A stretch of 64,000 nt of DNA from Ruditapes philippinarum (GCF_026571515.1 NW_026866608.1:186001-250000), one strand, 5' to 3'; counted from the first letter of the stretch, positions 1-14,098 are shown. Numbers and translations are program-made. The notes: generated from the letters alone by a model not told the origin.

Positions 1-3000
1 AACGTTTGAACATTTTTTAATTATTATTTTTTCTCATAAAAAAATAAAAAACAAAATCTTAACAATCGTATCCGCTTTCACCGCTATATTGCATATGTTG
101 CAATTGTCGACTCAGAAATAAAAAAGTATAGTTGTGTACGTTGTTTTCATGTCTTCGTATGTTATTTGGATACCTTAAAATACCAAAACAATGTCTGGTT
201 TATCTCGAAACATTCTCTAGGAGTGTCTTTGGTATGTGTCATTTTTTTAAAGTTGCGTCTAGACTTTAAATTGCTTATTTGACATACATCTTTTAGAAAT
301 ACTAGTAATCAAACAACTGATTTTCTAAAAATATTGTGTACGCATGGGAATAGTTTCTTATTATTTATTGGTCTTTGATATGTTTAGAATATCACAAAAA
401 AAATGTTTACAGCTAAAGTTGTTTCTTATTTGTTTGTACTTTAAAAACATTTCGAGATTGGATTAAGAAGTATTGAATATTCACGGCTTAAACTTATTAA
501 TTATAACGATAAAATTTGTTTTACGTTACCCTTGAACAACTAAATGCTGAAGATTATATTAATTTTATACTACTCATAATCTAATATCTGTTTTAAAAGT
601 TAAACTGCACGCATGTTGTTTTTATATTAGTCATCTTTAGAGCATATAAAGAAATGTGTTATTTCTTATGAAGGAAGCAATAAATTACAAATTGAATAGA
701 AAAAAATGTTTTGAATGTATGAAAGTTTCTGTCAAATCTTTCAAATTTGATCGTTGGTTTATATATTATCATACCTAGTTTTGAATAATTTATCCTATAA
801 AACCATTTTGATTTGTCGATTATTGTTAATATAAGACTCATCTATGGCGTAAACTTGCACTGATTATGTTGTTGCATTTTTATACTTTTTCTTTTTGTTC
901 TGTCGGTCCTGGCCAATAAAAAGTAAAAATAAACAAATAGTGCCTCCCTTAAAGGAGGGGACATGCAATAACCATATTAAGATCTCATTAATTATATTTA
1001 AAATATTTCTGTTGGAACAAAACAGTAAATTTGACAGAAAGTGAATTTCCTTTCAAGGTAAAATATCAAAAGTCATCAGCTATTGGACAAAAAAGAAAAA
1101 CAACCTTTTTGTAACAATGATGTTGTTTAAAGTATTTTTTATCTCAAGAAAATTGTCCAGATAAAGTGTTTACAAATAAATTTGCTGTTATAGGATTGTC
1201 GATAATTAAAGTTACATGACAATATTCAGCGCATTAATAACACCTCTAGATCTTTCTCATGCAACATTTAAGAATAATTATAATAATATTTCTAACAGTC
1301 ACGGCAAAAGAGGTTTTATATATCGTACTTTATTTCCATAATATGTTTAAGTAAAAATGTCTTAGTCAATGTGGCAATATGATGTTATGAGGCGGTACAA
1401 TGTGTGTTATATATTTACAGATTAAAAACTTATGTATATGTTACTGGTGTATATGATACTGGCAAGTACGTCATTAAGTATGAATCTTTGTACCCTTGAT
1501 GCCATAAATCTTCCTTTAAGCAATGTACTTTTCTCTCACTTTCTTATTAAAAACAAGCGTGAAATAGAGGGATTTTTTTAAAAATATTATGTTATATACA
1601 AACTAACTGTTTAAAACTTTAAATTGTTGGGGATGAAGACATGTTCAGTTGCCATTGTCTCACTTGCTTGCATGTACACGAGTATAAGATCAACGTTTTT
1701 ATATAATAGAATTTTATTTTGAGGAGGAACTATTACATGTGTTTCTTACGTGTTGAACAAAAATAATGTTTCGTCTGTCACATTTCCTATATAATTTTGA
1801 AAATGCCTTGTCAACACGTGACAAGTAACGTCTAAACTAATAAAAGAATAGAATATGTTATCAATGCTGATATATTTATGTCTTGGTGTTGTTTCTATTG
1901 TAGTATAATAGAAAACGCTGCGATGCGACCCTTTTATATCACGAACAGATATCAACATTAGACTGCGTCAATAATCGCACACTTATTATAGAAATCATTT
2001 ATGCAGCAACCACGTAGCACGTTTTCGCCGTAACTCACTTAATGCTTAAATAAGATAAGCTTCTATCCATTTTGAAGATTTCATTCTTTTTTCTGAATAA
2101 AAAGAAAAACAATGATGACATTATGTCTCTCATAATTAATTTATCTTTTTCAGATTTAACAGTTATTATAAAGAGCTCTTATAACACAAATTGCATAATT
2201 ATAATGATAAAAACATCTTCTGTAAAAGTAGCTGATGGAAATGTTGAAAACTGCAAATGGTTTTACGCAGTATTTAAGATAAATTAATACGAAAAGTTGC
2301 CCCGTACTTCACTTCAGTGTTGTTATAAATTTCTGTTCCTTCGGGATCTTTGACTCCAGCACTTTTATGTGTTGAGAATTGAGTACCGCTCGAGCCGGTG
2401 CCATGGGGCCCGAGGAATGGTGCACGTTTCATCATCTCTTATGTACAGATTCAATCAAGCCAATTCAGAAATTTTCATGTAATTTTTCTGTCTTAAATGC
2501 TTCCAAGAGATATTTTTTTCAACAAACTTTGATCCAGAAATACCAGGGAAATAGCCATAGATTCAAATTATATTTATTTAATGTTTATAATTATAACAAA
2601 CACCATATAAATGGATAATATATTCTCTATAACATAAACCAATTAAACACATATCTGGCACAAAAATATAGCTTCATTCTACAATCGAGTTAAGACTGAA
2701 ATGAAAAATTAAACTTTGACAAAGAAAATACCAAATCATTTGATACTTATTTATGTTACGAAGAAGTTCTTTTTCGTATCTGTCTACCATTGTTCCAAGT
2801 TATTAACAAGGTTCACAATTTAGACAAATCAAGGCAGCTCAGGTACACCTCCGTATATAAAGTAAATAATTACAATTGACTGTTATAGTTCTACGATTTC
2901 CCTCTAGCATTTTTTGTCTTTCCTTTTGCACGATGTCTAGTAACGGATGCTTTATGCGAGTGTGAAACGCCAAAATAATGAATTTATTGTCTCCGCCAAA

Positions 3001-6000
3001 GTATAAAAGTGCTGATTTGATAATTGTTTTTATCTATTGATAAATTGATTGCCTTTGACATATATTCGCTCACTTTTTTATGGAAGATTTGTTTCCTTTA
3101 ATCAGTCGTGTATACATTACTTCTGTTTCATTACTCCGCTTCAGTCCAACAGAATGATTCTTGGTCAAGCAAGACCAGCATTTAACGAAACCGATATTCA
3201 GTATGTATGTGTCTTTTGGTGTCGAGTAATTTATAGGGAAGCATTTGTTTGTAACTATTAGCAACAGTTTAACATGTGAAAAATGTGATTTATATTTTAC
3301 CAATACATATATTTCAACACATTTCAGAAACATATTCTTTTGGATAACATAAAGTTTGATTCCCTGCGGGAAGATTTGGTAAGTAGCACTTTCTGTGTAG
3401 AAAATAAAAGTGACATTATGTCCATTCAAGTTTAAGTTGTTCGCGCAAAGGGAAAAGTCAAAATATCTTTACATTTTGCCATAATTGTGATCAATTATAT
3501 ATAAAATTTAACTATGCAAAATTATTCAATATCCAAGTGATCCACGCATATTTTTTTATAAAAATCGTTCGGAATGTATAAGAAACGTTCCTATTTTGAA
3601 AAGGGTGGGCAGTCATTTTTTAATTTAGGAAGTGTTTATATCCTACCATTATAACAAGTGAAATTGTCAATCTCTGGAAATATATTACTAACTCAACTCA
3701 GTTTGACAGCAACAAAGAACCTAATGCCACCTTGATATCAACTAGCAAGTTAGTTGGCATTTTCTATTATTTCATTAATTTTGTAATCTAAATTTAGTTG
3801 TTTTTATGAGCGTTTACGTCAGTCGTTTCCTAAAGCGAGTAACTTTTAATAAGATAAATTTACATTCATTGAATGATTGCAAGCAAGTGACATCACCTGA
3901 TCAAAATGGAATTTCGAAATCGCTGCTTTGAATTTTCTGTTGTTTGACGTTAGAAAATAAAATAACCGCTATTGATTGTAAATACAATACTAGAATGTTA
4001 AACCATCTCTTTTTTCTGAATCTTTAAACATACTTAATGACGTATGTACCAAGTAAACATGGGCTAATTTAGCGCTATTATTTTCTAATAGATAGCGCAG
4101 GATTAATCATTTAAATAATTTTGAAGTAAACAGGATTTGAAGCAACATGAGGATGTCAATATGAAAAAAAAAGCAAAAGAAAACAATTAATTTGTTCCTA
4201 GAGAAACAGGATATAAATTATCATTTATTTATTCTTTATTTTGAGTAGGATTGACTAAAGGTGTATAACGGATGTTTATAAGACTAATATTGATGGCATT
4301 TCAATGATACAAAACAACGTGTTATTTCTCAGCCAGCATCCTCGCGATATGTTTATATCAAATATTGATTATTGTATCATAGTTTGGAGACCTTTCTGTT
4401 GAAAATGTTTCAGAGTTAAATCGTATACATATACATGCACAGTGCGTTAACTGGAGTGCAGGTATAAGTTAATCGCACTCCAGAGCATATCCATTGGTTG
4501 GCTAATTTTTGCTGGGGTTTACTTATTGTAACTACAGAGAAAGGGAAAGCGACAGAAATTTCATATTTAGATGCTCGATCATTGGTTACCTTTTTTCTAG
4601 TGTTTCATATTGTGACAACAGGGAACGTGTTTTTATGTTTGACTATGATACAAAAGAGAAAGAACATCAAAATGCTCGGCAATCTGATTTCACTTTGTTT
4701 CCAGAATTTAATACTGGGGAGGGGAAGTGTGGGGGGGGGGGGGGGCTACGCCCCCTCGTACAAATCAGATATCCTCGTGTTTCGATGCTATTTGTAAAAC
4801 TATCTCCTTAACACAAATAAACATATATTTTGTGTAAGAATTATTGCTGTGGGTTTTCTTTAAAAAAAAACAAAACAAAAATGTTTTTGTAACCAACATT
4901 AATTCGAGGTTGGTATATTGGTAACCAATATTAATTTGAGAGTAGTATGCTTGTAACCAATAATAATAATAATAATAATAATGATAATAATAATGAAAAT
5001 TATTATAATAATGATAATAATAGTAATACTTATAATAATAATAATAATTTGTGCGTTGTGATTTGTAACAAACATTGATTTGACTGTGGTAAAACATTTT
5101 GTCCTCAATGTTTACATGTCGTGCCAAAATTCAATTTTTCTCTTTCAACTGAAAATTAGTTCTTATCAGGTTTGTACAAGTTTATTACATTTTTGATCAC
5201 ACAACACCTGACAGATGCCTCCAAGTATCTTCTCTGTTGTAAAATAGTTGTTCTTTTATTATTAAACCTTTGTATGTTTATGCTTGTAACTTAGTCAAGT
5301 CGTTTGTAATAACCTTTCGTGTCTAGCATCAAACAGGGTACACAATTGAATCAATCTTATCTGTATGCAGATAAAATTATTTTTTATCATAGTTTGCATT
5401 TAACATGGCAAATGTAGTTTTATAATGTGTATGTATTGCCCAAAGGACAGACAAAGTCGCATGCAAATACAAATAATGGCAAAATCAGCGCACACGTTCA
5501 TGAAGAGAAAGATTAATGATTACGAGTGTCGTCTGTCGGTTACAAAATAAGCTATTCAGAGTTATTGTTGTCTGGAATAAAGACTTAATTGTATTTTTAT
5601 AATACTGTATCACACTGTCTGTACACTGAACACTTTGATTACAGATAAATTATTTGCACGCACATGTCTGTTTGTCTATCATTCATTTCACGATATAATT
5701 ATTAATTCCGTGATACATGATATCAATTGAAATGAACTGTGTGTTATGGTCATTTTGTGTTATACACACTTAAATATGTAACAGGACAATCAACAAATTT
5801 ATTTTAATCTGAATATCGTAATTTTAATAAAAAATAAATTCTTTTTTTTATAAGAATGCAAACATAACATGTTGTTAATATTCATTTAATATATTAATCC
5901 ATATTGTATTTCAATCTCCGTTTCAAATTATTATAATATTACATGATGCAAGATACAAATAAAATAGATGTTGGTCTTTGCCTTTTTCACGAGTTTTTCA

Positions 6001-6423
6001 AAACTACATGTATATTTACCAACAAGGCCTTTCTAAATTATGTTTCAGATAAACACATAAACGCCTGCCATGTTTTTACATTTGCAAATATTTTTGATTC
6101 AAGGTCTTACAAATGTCGCATTCCCTGCTTTGCCCATATTATTAAGTGAAATTGAAGTTTTGAAATGGTTTTGTCTGTTCGTGTTGTTTTTAAAAATATA
6201 TCTTCCAGACAGAACAGAAGTTTCATAACTGTTACACTAAACTCTGTGAGAATATATTTGCATATTAAGTAACAACCTCTTGATAATTTAAGAGACAATT
6301 TTTAAGAATACAAGAACTTATAGAAAAAATCAATCCCAAAAGAACAATACCATTTTTTTATTAAGTGTGATTCTTATGATTTCTTATCGATAATTACGTA
6401 AGCTAAAAAGATTCATTTTACAA
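1..6423 (-). repeat. Large duplicated unit, copy A (inverted relative to B, C and D)
   Basis: The reverse complement follows copy C from ~44915 back to ~38084, and copy B at 9085-9985 plus 22689-25130. Anchors: TATCGATAATTACGTAAGC (~6385) vs GCTTACGTAATTATCGAT (~9104); CTGTCGGTTACAAAATAAGCTATTCAGAG (~5534) vs CTCTGAATAGCTTATTTTGTAACAGACAG (~40532). Confidence 0.85.
4958..5048. repeat. Imperfect (TAA)n microsatellite
   Basis: Visible directly; produces the poly-Tyr and poly-Ile ORFs at 4765-5127 and 4899-5108. Confidence 0.9.
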
Positions 6424-7079
6424 CGTTTCATGGACAGCAGTGGTAAATGCGTTCTACCATCCACGCATCGCTTCTCTTTTATCGTTTAGATAATCTTATG
6501 CTATGGAACCAATTGATTAAATATTTCAAATATCCCTCTTTAAATCTGCTCATAACACAAAACATCACCTTTTTAAATCACTAATTAAATTAATCGTTTT
6601 TACGGAATTCTACGTTTCAGTCATTTAATGGTAACTTCTCATTTACGGTTTTCACGCATTGGACATACTATTTACCTATACCGCATAATGACCCGTAACA
6701 TAATAAAACGTATTTTCGTCAAAATGTGCGTTTATAATTATCTGAGATTTTTATTTCACAGCTATCTCCATAACGTGAAATGACGGTGTTTTCAATATTA
6801 TACGATGGACAACCATATCGTTGAAATGCGGTATATTCCTCGTTCGCAAGAACCGTATTTATGTGTAAGATTCATCAGAAATTACGCTTTAAAAGACTTT
6901 ACTTACTTCTTTTACGCTGATTTCCGTTGCAGTTTTTAAGACTGTTGAAAAAACACTCGTTTTATAACGTTTCGAGTTTCCTTCATTAATTCAGACCCCG
7001 CTTTTAGGGTTTGGAAAAATGTGCACGTTTTAAAACGTTACGGGTGTCAGTCCGAAAAAGAGGGTCGGTCGTGGAAAGG
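6424..7079. mobile_element. CpG-rich repeat fragment at the truncation point of copy A
   Basis: Abrupt compositional change where A-B and A-C homology ends. Ends in GAAAAAGAGGGTCGGTCGTGGAAAGG with hairpin CAGACCC..GGGTTTG. Only one plausible terminus is visible. Confidence 0.3.
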
Positions 7080-9985
7080 ATATATTCTCAATTCCTAGAA
7101 TACTCACGTAAACTCATAATAAAAAAGAGAATAACAATCTATCATTCTGTCTTATTTGAACATTTTCACTTCTTAAATTCGTATAGATTGATGAAAAATA
7201 CATATTATTGTTATCGAAACAAGCACAAAGAAGCAACTTGTCGTATTGTTTTTCCTATTTATGTATCATTCTGTATGTAAGTGGTCCAGTTGTGATTGAT
7301 ATTCAGCAGAGACATTCTTAAACAATACGTCCTAATTATCTAAAAGGAAAGACCTAGATACCTTTCATTATGCAAAGGGTTAAGATAAATATATCATATT
7401 TTAATCAGAATTTCAAATAGGATCAGAATTACAATTTCAATTTCGAACGGGACTCTGTTTTGACTAGCAAAACAATATTGACACGCTACTTGGGAAAAAA
7501 GTGCAGATTTGAAGGATGTACGGAGCCACGTGTTACAGCTGCTATACAGAAGTTTACACCTGCTGCTTTGAATACAACAATTCTTGAAAGAACAGGTCCC
7601 TCGGAAGCAATAAAATCAATAAAAACACTAAAAAAAAAGATGCCTTAGATAAGGAAGAATCACATGAGTGTGCAGATCAAATTAATGTTATACAAGAACG
7701 TTATTGAATATTGTGATCAATATGTCTAGAAATGATAAAAATAACTGAGTTTAAACAAAATCGCATGCCATTACTGCGGGAGTAAATATATGTCAATCCT
7801 ATATTATTATAAAAACTAAACTATTTTGTTACAAATAACGCCTGTATTCCACATAAATCAACGTTATTTATTGTAGTATGTGCTTTTACAATTATCAAAT
7901 ATTTGACAGTCACTTATTTTGTACAGACCAGGGTCCCAGATGCTGCAATTTATAACCACGATTATGCCAATATCTTAAGACTTAAGAGTGCTATTATCTT
8001 CCATTAGACAATTTTCTTTATTCTTATAATTTAAAGAATTTAAAGAAGTTTCTTTCCGACAACAGAATTCCATTTGTCTCTTTGAGAAGCAGTTGAGTGT
8101 ATTTTAATATCTGGATAAAGATACTTAATTGATCTTGTCTTAGTTAGAGTATAATATTTTGGAATAGAATTAAAGATGGTATGGGATATGATATTGCAGC
8201 ACCTTTAATTTCGAAGATTGAATATCACTTCAGATGGACATATATCGTGTGAGATGTCGCTTCTTTTAACACTACGAGTCTGCAATAGTTGTGTATTTTT
8301 TGTTGTTGTTTTCATTGCTTGCTTCCAAAAGATGAGATAGATCACCCCTTTTTCCCCCAACAATATGAGACAGAATAGAGCAATGGACTTTTCTACTAAC
8401 TTTTCTACTATTATTATGTATTAATTATTAGAAGTGTCAATTCTTAAAGACAAGACAAGTTCGTACAGACATCACGTACTTTGTCAAACATTTAGTTGCA
8501 AGATCAGATGTTACCCGTGAAAGACCTTTGCAAACAGAGATGTTTCGTTTTTTTCACTTTGACCTATATATTCAAGATTAAACTAAAATGATAACATATT
8601 ATCTGTGACAGCACTGTAATATATCAAAACATAAGAGCAAAATGCAAGACGAAAATCATTATCTGATTTGACCATAGGACACACACGTGAAATATTCAAC
8701 GTTCAAACATACGTTTTATTTTGTTTTAAAATCCTTCTGATTCAAATTGGTATTTTTCATTCACTATGAAGATGAATTCGACTTGAACATTCCCTGTAAA
8801 TTGATAATCAATTATAACAGTCATATAACTTTAATTTCAACAACTGACTTTTGTTTATTTTGATAGAAATAAATAGCCATTTGTCATAACATCACATTCA
8901 AAAATATAATTATGCATCTAAAATATTTTATTTAAAATTATTTATTAAATTTAATGAAATGATTTTAATATGATGTTTATATCTTAGTTTAGATTTGTGC
9001 CTAAGCCGGTTTTCATTCACAGTAGAAATAATCAATACATATTACTTTATCTGTACTGTTGGCTCTCAGATATTGTTGAAGCATTGTCTAGAGAATATTT
9101 CGGGCTTACGTAATTATCGATCAGTTATCATCAGAAGCATAGCCATGTTACAAGAAAATGGTATTGTTCTTTTGGATTTGAATCTTTCCCTCCAGTATTT
9201 TTTTTTGTTTTCTTAAAACTAGTCTATGCATTTATTTAGATATTGTGATGTTGTGGCTCAATTATACTCATTATTATAGCGTTAAGAAATTTCTGTTTTG
9301 TCTCGAATAGATATTTTAAAAAACAACACGAACAAACAAAAACATTTTACTTCAATGCCACTTTCAAAAACGGGAAAAGCACAAACTGCCATGTAAGCAT
9401 GACGGTGAATCAAAGATATGTATAACTGTAAAAATAATTCAGCAAGCCCTTGGTGGTAAATTTATATACGTACTTTTGGAAACATCTAGTTTTGGAATTG
9501 TTTCCGATCGTGAAAAATAAGCAAAACAGCAAAATCTATTTAATTTGTAAATTGTATTATGTAAATATGATATGAAACGCATATTGAAATACAATATTGA
9601 TAAATATATTTTATTAACAACATGTTATACATTATGTAAAATCTATCTCATTTTTTATATTATAATATCAGTTTTCTAAGTAAGTTAATACAGTTATTTA
9701 TATATGCAGCCTTATTGCTTATGGTTCTTTTTATGTTCATTGAAGTGATATTTATATCAAATCAATTTCGTTAACCGTCCTGTTAAATTGATAACTCTGT
9801 ATGACACAAAATGATCATAAAACATAATTTATTTCAATTGTCATCATGACTACTCGGAATTGATAATTATATTCAGATGCAATAAATTGGAATCAATGAT
9901 AGACAAGGAGACGGTTGCGTGCACATATTTTATCTTTAATCAACGTGTTCAGTGTATGGACAGTTTGATACAGTATTATAAATAT

Positions 9986-10003
9986 CATCGTCGGATACCC
10001 ACG
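9986..10003 (+). repeat. Left TIR of the AcademH element
   Basis: CATCGTCGGATACCCACG, exact reverse complement of 22671-22688; preceded by TSD TATAAATAT. Confidence 0.95.
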
Positions 10004-10084
10004 GCCGAACCATTATCATTCATCAGCCGTGGGAATTTTTGCCGATATTCAGTCGATTAGAGGTGTGTCAAAGGCAGCTATTTC

Positions 10085-10165
10085 ATTGGCTGCCTCACGA
10101 TTTCATGAGGCGACTAAAACCAATCAAAACGCGCGTTCTGTACGACGTTCGGTGTTACAGACAAT
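10085..10165 (+). promoter_or_regulatory. Putative helicase promoter (opposed CCAAT boxes, CpG-rich)
   Basis: ATTGG (10085-10089) and CCAAT (10120-10124) flank the palindrome GCCTCA..TGAGGC. A CGCGCG and the start context aatATGGCG follow. CpG-rich compared with the flanks. Confidence 0.4.
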
Positions 10166-12573
10166 ATGGCGACGACCATAGACGACACGTTAAAATCAGT
10201 TTGTGAAAAGTTCAACATCGAAAAATTAAACGATTTCCAGCAAGAAAGTAAAGATAATTTACTTTTACAGCGTGATGTTTTCCTTTCTGTTAGAACTGGT
10301 GGTGGCAAAAGCCTTGTTTACGAGGCTTTCCAGTATATTTGTGAATGTCGAGAAAAAGAGCATTGCCAAGTGCTGATTGTAACGCCTCTTATTTCCATTA
10401 TGAAAGAACAATGTGACTTTCTAAATTCATTAGGATTTTGTGCAACATACATTGGCCGGGACAAGAAAGAAGATGATGAAATTTTAGAAGGAATACATGA
10501 CTTTTTGTTTACTTCACCAGAAAGTCTTCTCGGTGTTGCAAAGTGGAGGGACATGCTGTTACAAAATTCCAGGATTCGCTTAATAGTTGTAGATGAGGCC
10601 CACATAGTTCTCCACTGGTATTTACCTTTTTAATCATTTGTTTTGATTTTGTAAATTATTGAATACAAACAAAGAATAAATAGAATCCAAACCCACGGCA
10701 GTGTCCTTCTAGTAACTGTAGTGAAATACTTTTACATGTATAGTTTTATCCTGGTTACTGGTTGGGGACCACCAAAACCGGACAACCACCAAACCAGGAC
10801 GGCCCCGAAAATGCTTAATTTAATATTTTCTTTGTTCACTGGTTGTCAGTCACTTTTTATCAACAATAAGTGCATGTTTCTTTTAAAATTAAGTAAATAA
10901 ATTTATTTCAACCTCCGTAAATGGTAAAATTTTAATGTCTATTTCAAGAATGTTGACTTTGAAATTCGGGGGTCATGAAAGCAATGCCTGACCTCATATA
11001 CCAGCTATAATCATTTGCAGAGTGAATAATAGAATATCCAAAACTTCAGCATTTGTTGCTGACATATTGAATAGCATGTTACAAATCAAAAATCAAAACA
11101 CCCAAGCTTTTATCTGAATTAAATCACATCATGTACATATCTGTCCGGACACATGGTACTGTAGTGTAGACAATGTAGGTAATTTTGATACCCTCCTTGT
11201 CGAGCATATGATATAAGTGTCAATACATTCAGAAATAAATTGTGTCAAATTTTTTTATCTCTAGATTAAAAATTATGAAATTTGTACGGAAAAATGTTCC
11301 AAAAGTGCCCAGTTGATGGTCTCCGACCAGTACATAGTTTGGAGGAAAATGGTCTATATTTTTAACTTTTGAACTATCAACACTGTTTTGATTGACTGAC
11401 TCTCATTTGCAGTAGAGTATTTCCGCCTTCAAAACATTTAGTTACATTTCAATGATTCAACAAGATGTAGGTCAATACTGTAAACACTAAACAATTTTGG
11501 ATGGACAGCACGAAATAACCATTTATACCCAAATACACCCAAATATAATAAATATAAGAAGAAATGCAAGTCAGAATGGAAATAGAATTTCTCAAATTTT
11601 AACAAATAAAGCTAATATGCATAGTCATTGTAAAGTTTCATTTCAAAAATATTTAATTTCATCATTTTCCAGGGGAGAAGTTGATGGTGATCAGCAGTCT
11701 ACACCTTTTAGAGAATGGTTTGGAAAACTTGGGGAAGTGCGATCATTAGTACAGTGTCCATTGTTGCTTATCACAGCAACAGCAAGTAAAGCCTCACGTT
11801 TGAAGATGCAAAAGATTTTCTGCATGAAAAATTGTTTTGAAAAAATTGAAAGCCCAGACAGAACCAATATTAAATTATTTTTGCACAAATTCAAATCTAG
11901 CCAAGATCTTACAAAGATATTTGCATTTATGATCAATGAATTACTAGAAAAAAAAGAAAAATGTGACAGATACCTTGTATTTTGTACTTCTATTAAATCA
12001 TGTAGTGATATTTATACCATGTTACATTTAGAATTGGAAAGTGACATTCAGTTTGTACAGATGTATCACTCAATGACAGTTGAAAATGTTAAGGAAGACA
12101 TTAAGCAAGATCTGGGTAATAAAGATGGCAAAATTAGAGTTTTAGTTGCAACTAGTGCTGCTGGGATGGGTGTGAACTTCAAGGACATTGGCCAGGTGAT
12201 AATCTTTGGAGTGCCCAAAAATATGGACAGTTTTGTGCAACAGTTTGGAAGAGGTGGTAGAGACCGTAGTCATGCAATGGCAATTTTATTGTTCAATGGA
12301 CAGCAGTGTAGAGGTATAGACAATGACATGAGTGAATATATTATCAACAAAGAAACCTGTCGTCGCAAAGTGATTTTAAAAGCATATAACACTACAGTTA
12401 ATGACAGTATATTAGCACATTTATGTTGTGATATTTGTGATAAGAAGTGTACATGTGATCGAGAAGATTGTTCATCTTATACTCATCCTTTTTTTGAGAT
12501 GTGTGACTTACCAGAGTCAGAATCGTCTAATTCTGACTCCGATTGTGAAAGTGATGACATTATGTCTAACTAG
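10166..12573 (+). CDS. RecQ-family SF2 DNA helicase, transposon-encoded, 2 exons, 450 aa, apparently intact
   Basis: Exon 1 is 10166-10617 and exon 2 is 11673-12573. The GT..AG intron 10618-11672 splits codon TG|G and gives VVDEAHIVLHWGEVDGDQQSTPFREWFGKLGEVRS. Motifs seen: I RTGGGKS, Ia PLISIMKEQ, FTSPE, II DEAH, III TATA, IV LVFC, YHS, V VATSAAGMGVN, VI QQFGRGGRD, and an RQC-like zinc region CRR...CCDIC. Confidence 0.92.
10758..11330. mobile_element. TA-flanked MITE (Tc1/mariner-pogo-like) in the helicase intron
   Basis: Ends CTGGTTGGGGACCACCAA and rc CTGGTCGGAGACCATCAA match at 15/18. TA at 10756-10757 and 11331-11332. No ORF. Confidence 0.7.
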
Positions 12574-14057
12574 TGAATAATCAAATGTACACTGGTCTTT
12601 TTTAATTTGTATAAAACTAAATGTACCTGTTTGTTTACCGGTAAATAAATTATAAATTTGAGGTTGTTAATTATTTCGGGTTGTATTTATATATTTGATT
12701 ACAATTAGTTTAACAGAAATTGGCTGCAAGAACTTCAATCAAGATTTGTAAATTTTAGTAATAAAAGTTCATGAGGACTAGTTTATTATGACCAATAATT
12801 AGATAATCATTAAGCTGGCTGATGGAACAGTCCAATTCAAACGCAGCAAATGTGTTATGTGCAGCTGTAGTTATATCAATACAGCTATGACACACACTTT
12901 GAGTGGTGTAAGTTAGCCCTACTTTCACTGCAGGTGATTTTTAAGGAGGAATGTTTTCTTTTTACTACATATCATTTCTTAAATATGTCCATGCTGGACC
13001 ATTTGGTATTTTAAAATTTGATAACACACATTTATGAAATACACAATGTAGTATCAAGCTACAGTTATATGAAACTCTTACTTAAATTTTAAGAAATACG
13101 TTTCTATTATACATGTATAAGTGGACAGTTAATATAAGAAATAACATGTTGTAAAAAGAAAAGCGATTCAACCTGCGATGTTGTCGATAGTGATTGGGAA
13201 AAGCAGATGTTAAGCACATGTTTCACTTTTTGCTGAAAACGCCACCGTTCTAAACTATGTTACAATAGCCCAGTGGCAATAAAAAAGCAAATTTAGCAAA
13301 GTGAAAACACATAAGACTAGTTCTTTTTATAAGTTTATTAGGAAAATCAGTTCCCTTTAATTCATTAAAAGATGCATATATTCAAAATGAAATTGATTAT
13401 ACTATAGATGCTACTCTCCTGACAGCCATGTTCAGACATTATATGCTTAAGATAGAAATATCATATTTTCAAACTGCAAAACAAACTTTTACATATTGGT
13501 GCTACAGTATAATGATATATCCCTTCATATGTGTAAAAGAATTTTATAATTCACAGAAAGTAGCATTGTTGGATACCCACAACTAATCAACATGTTACAT
13601 GGCCTGGTTCATGCATGAGACACTACATCTCAAGGTTATAATTTCATATATCGACCTAAATTACATGTATCACAACTCAATCATTTCATTATTTACATTA
13701 TTTTACATGGTGCCCTGTGTCACGCAAATTAAAAAAAACTTGCAACAACAGCTTTTGCCTCAACATAAGGTTTAATATTTAATATTAAGAATCTGCAGAT
13801 TTTAATTGAAAATACTAGTTTAAACACAAAAGACATCATAGAATGAAAATTATTACCTTATTTTTGTGTTTGTATGGTGAATTCAGCAAGGTTATAAGTC
13901 ATAGTACCTACTATATCTTAGTAGGGTATAAATTATCAATAATTCTGCAAATATGTACTACATGTAGTAACAAATTATACTATATAATATGGTTTTAGAA
14001 CAGCCCCAAACCAAAAACAATTATTTGACAAATCAAATTTACTATAAGAAAATAAAC

Positions 14058-14098
14058 ATATGAGCCGTGTCATGACAAAACCAACATAATGGGTTTGC
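14058..14098 (-). repeat. Orphan copy of the right terminal arm of the 14418-14654 MITE
   Basis: ATATGAGCCGTGTCATGACAAAACCAACATAATGGGTTTGC is the exact reverse complement of 14617-14657. Confidence 0.8.

Noticed and set aside
2279-2480. GC-rich candidate exon shared by copies A and D
   Set aside because: Indels between the copies break the reading frames, so there is no conserved peptide.
4765-5127. Poly-Tyr and poly-Ile ORFs
   Set aside because: Translations of a (TAA)n microsatellite that is absent from the paralogous copies.
11497-11672. N-terminal 58 aa of the 358-aa ORF
   Set aside because: Intronic read-through. The splice acceptor at 11671-11672 joins exon 1 in frame and restores the RecQ DEAH..WG..FR motif.
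10166-12573. Host WRN/BLM/RECQL gene
   Set aside because: It lies inside the TIRs and TSD next to a transposase, lacks accessory domains, and is absent from the paralogous empty sites.
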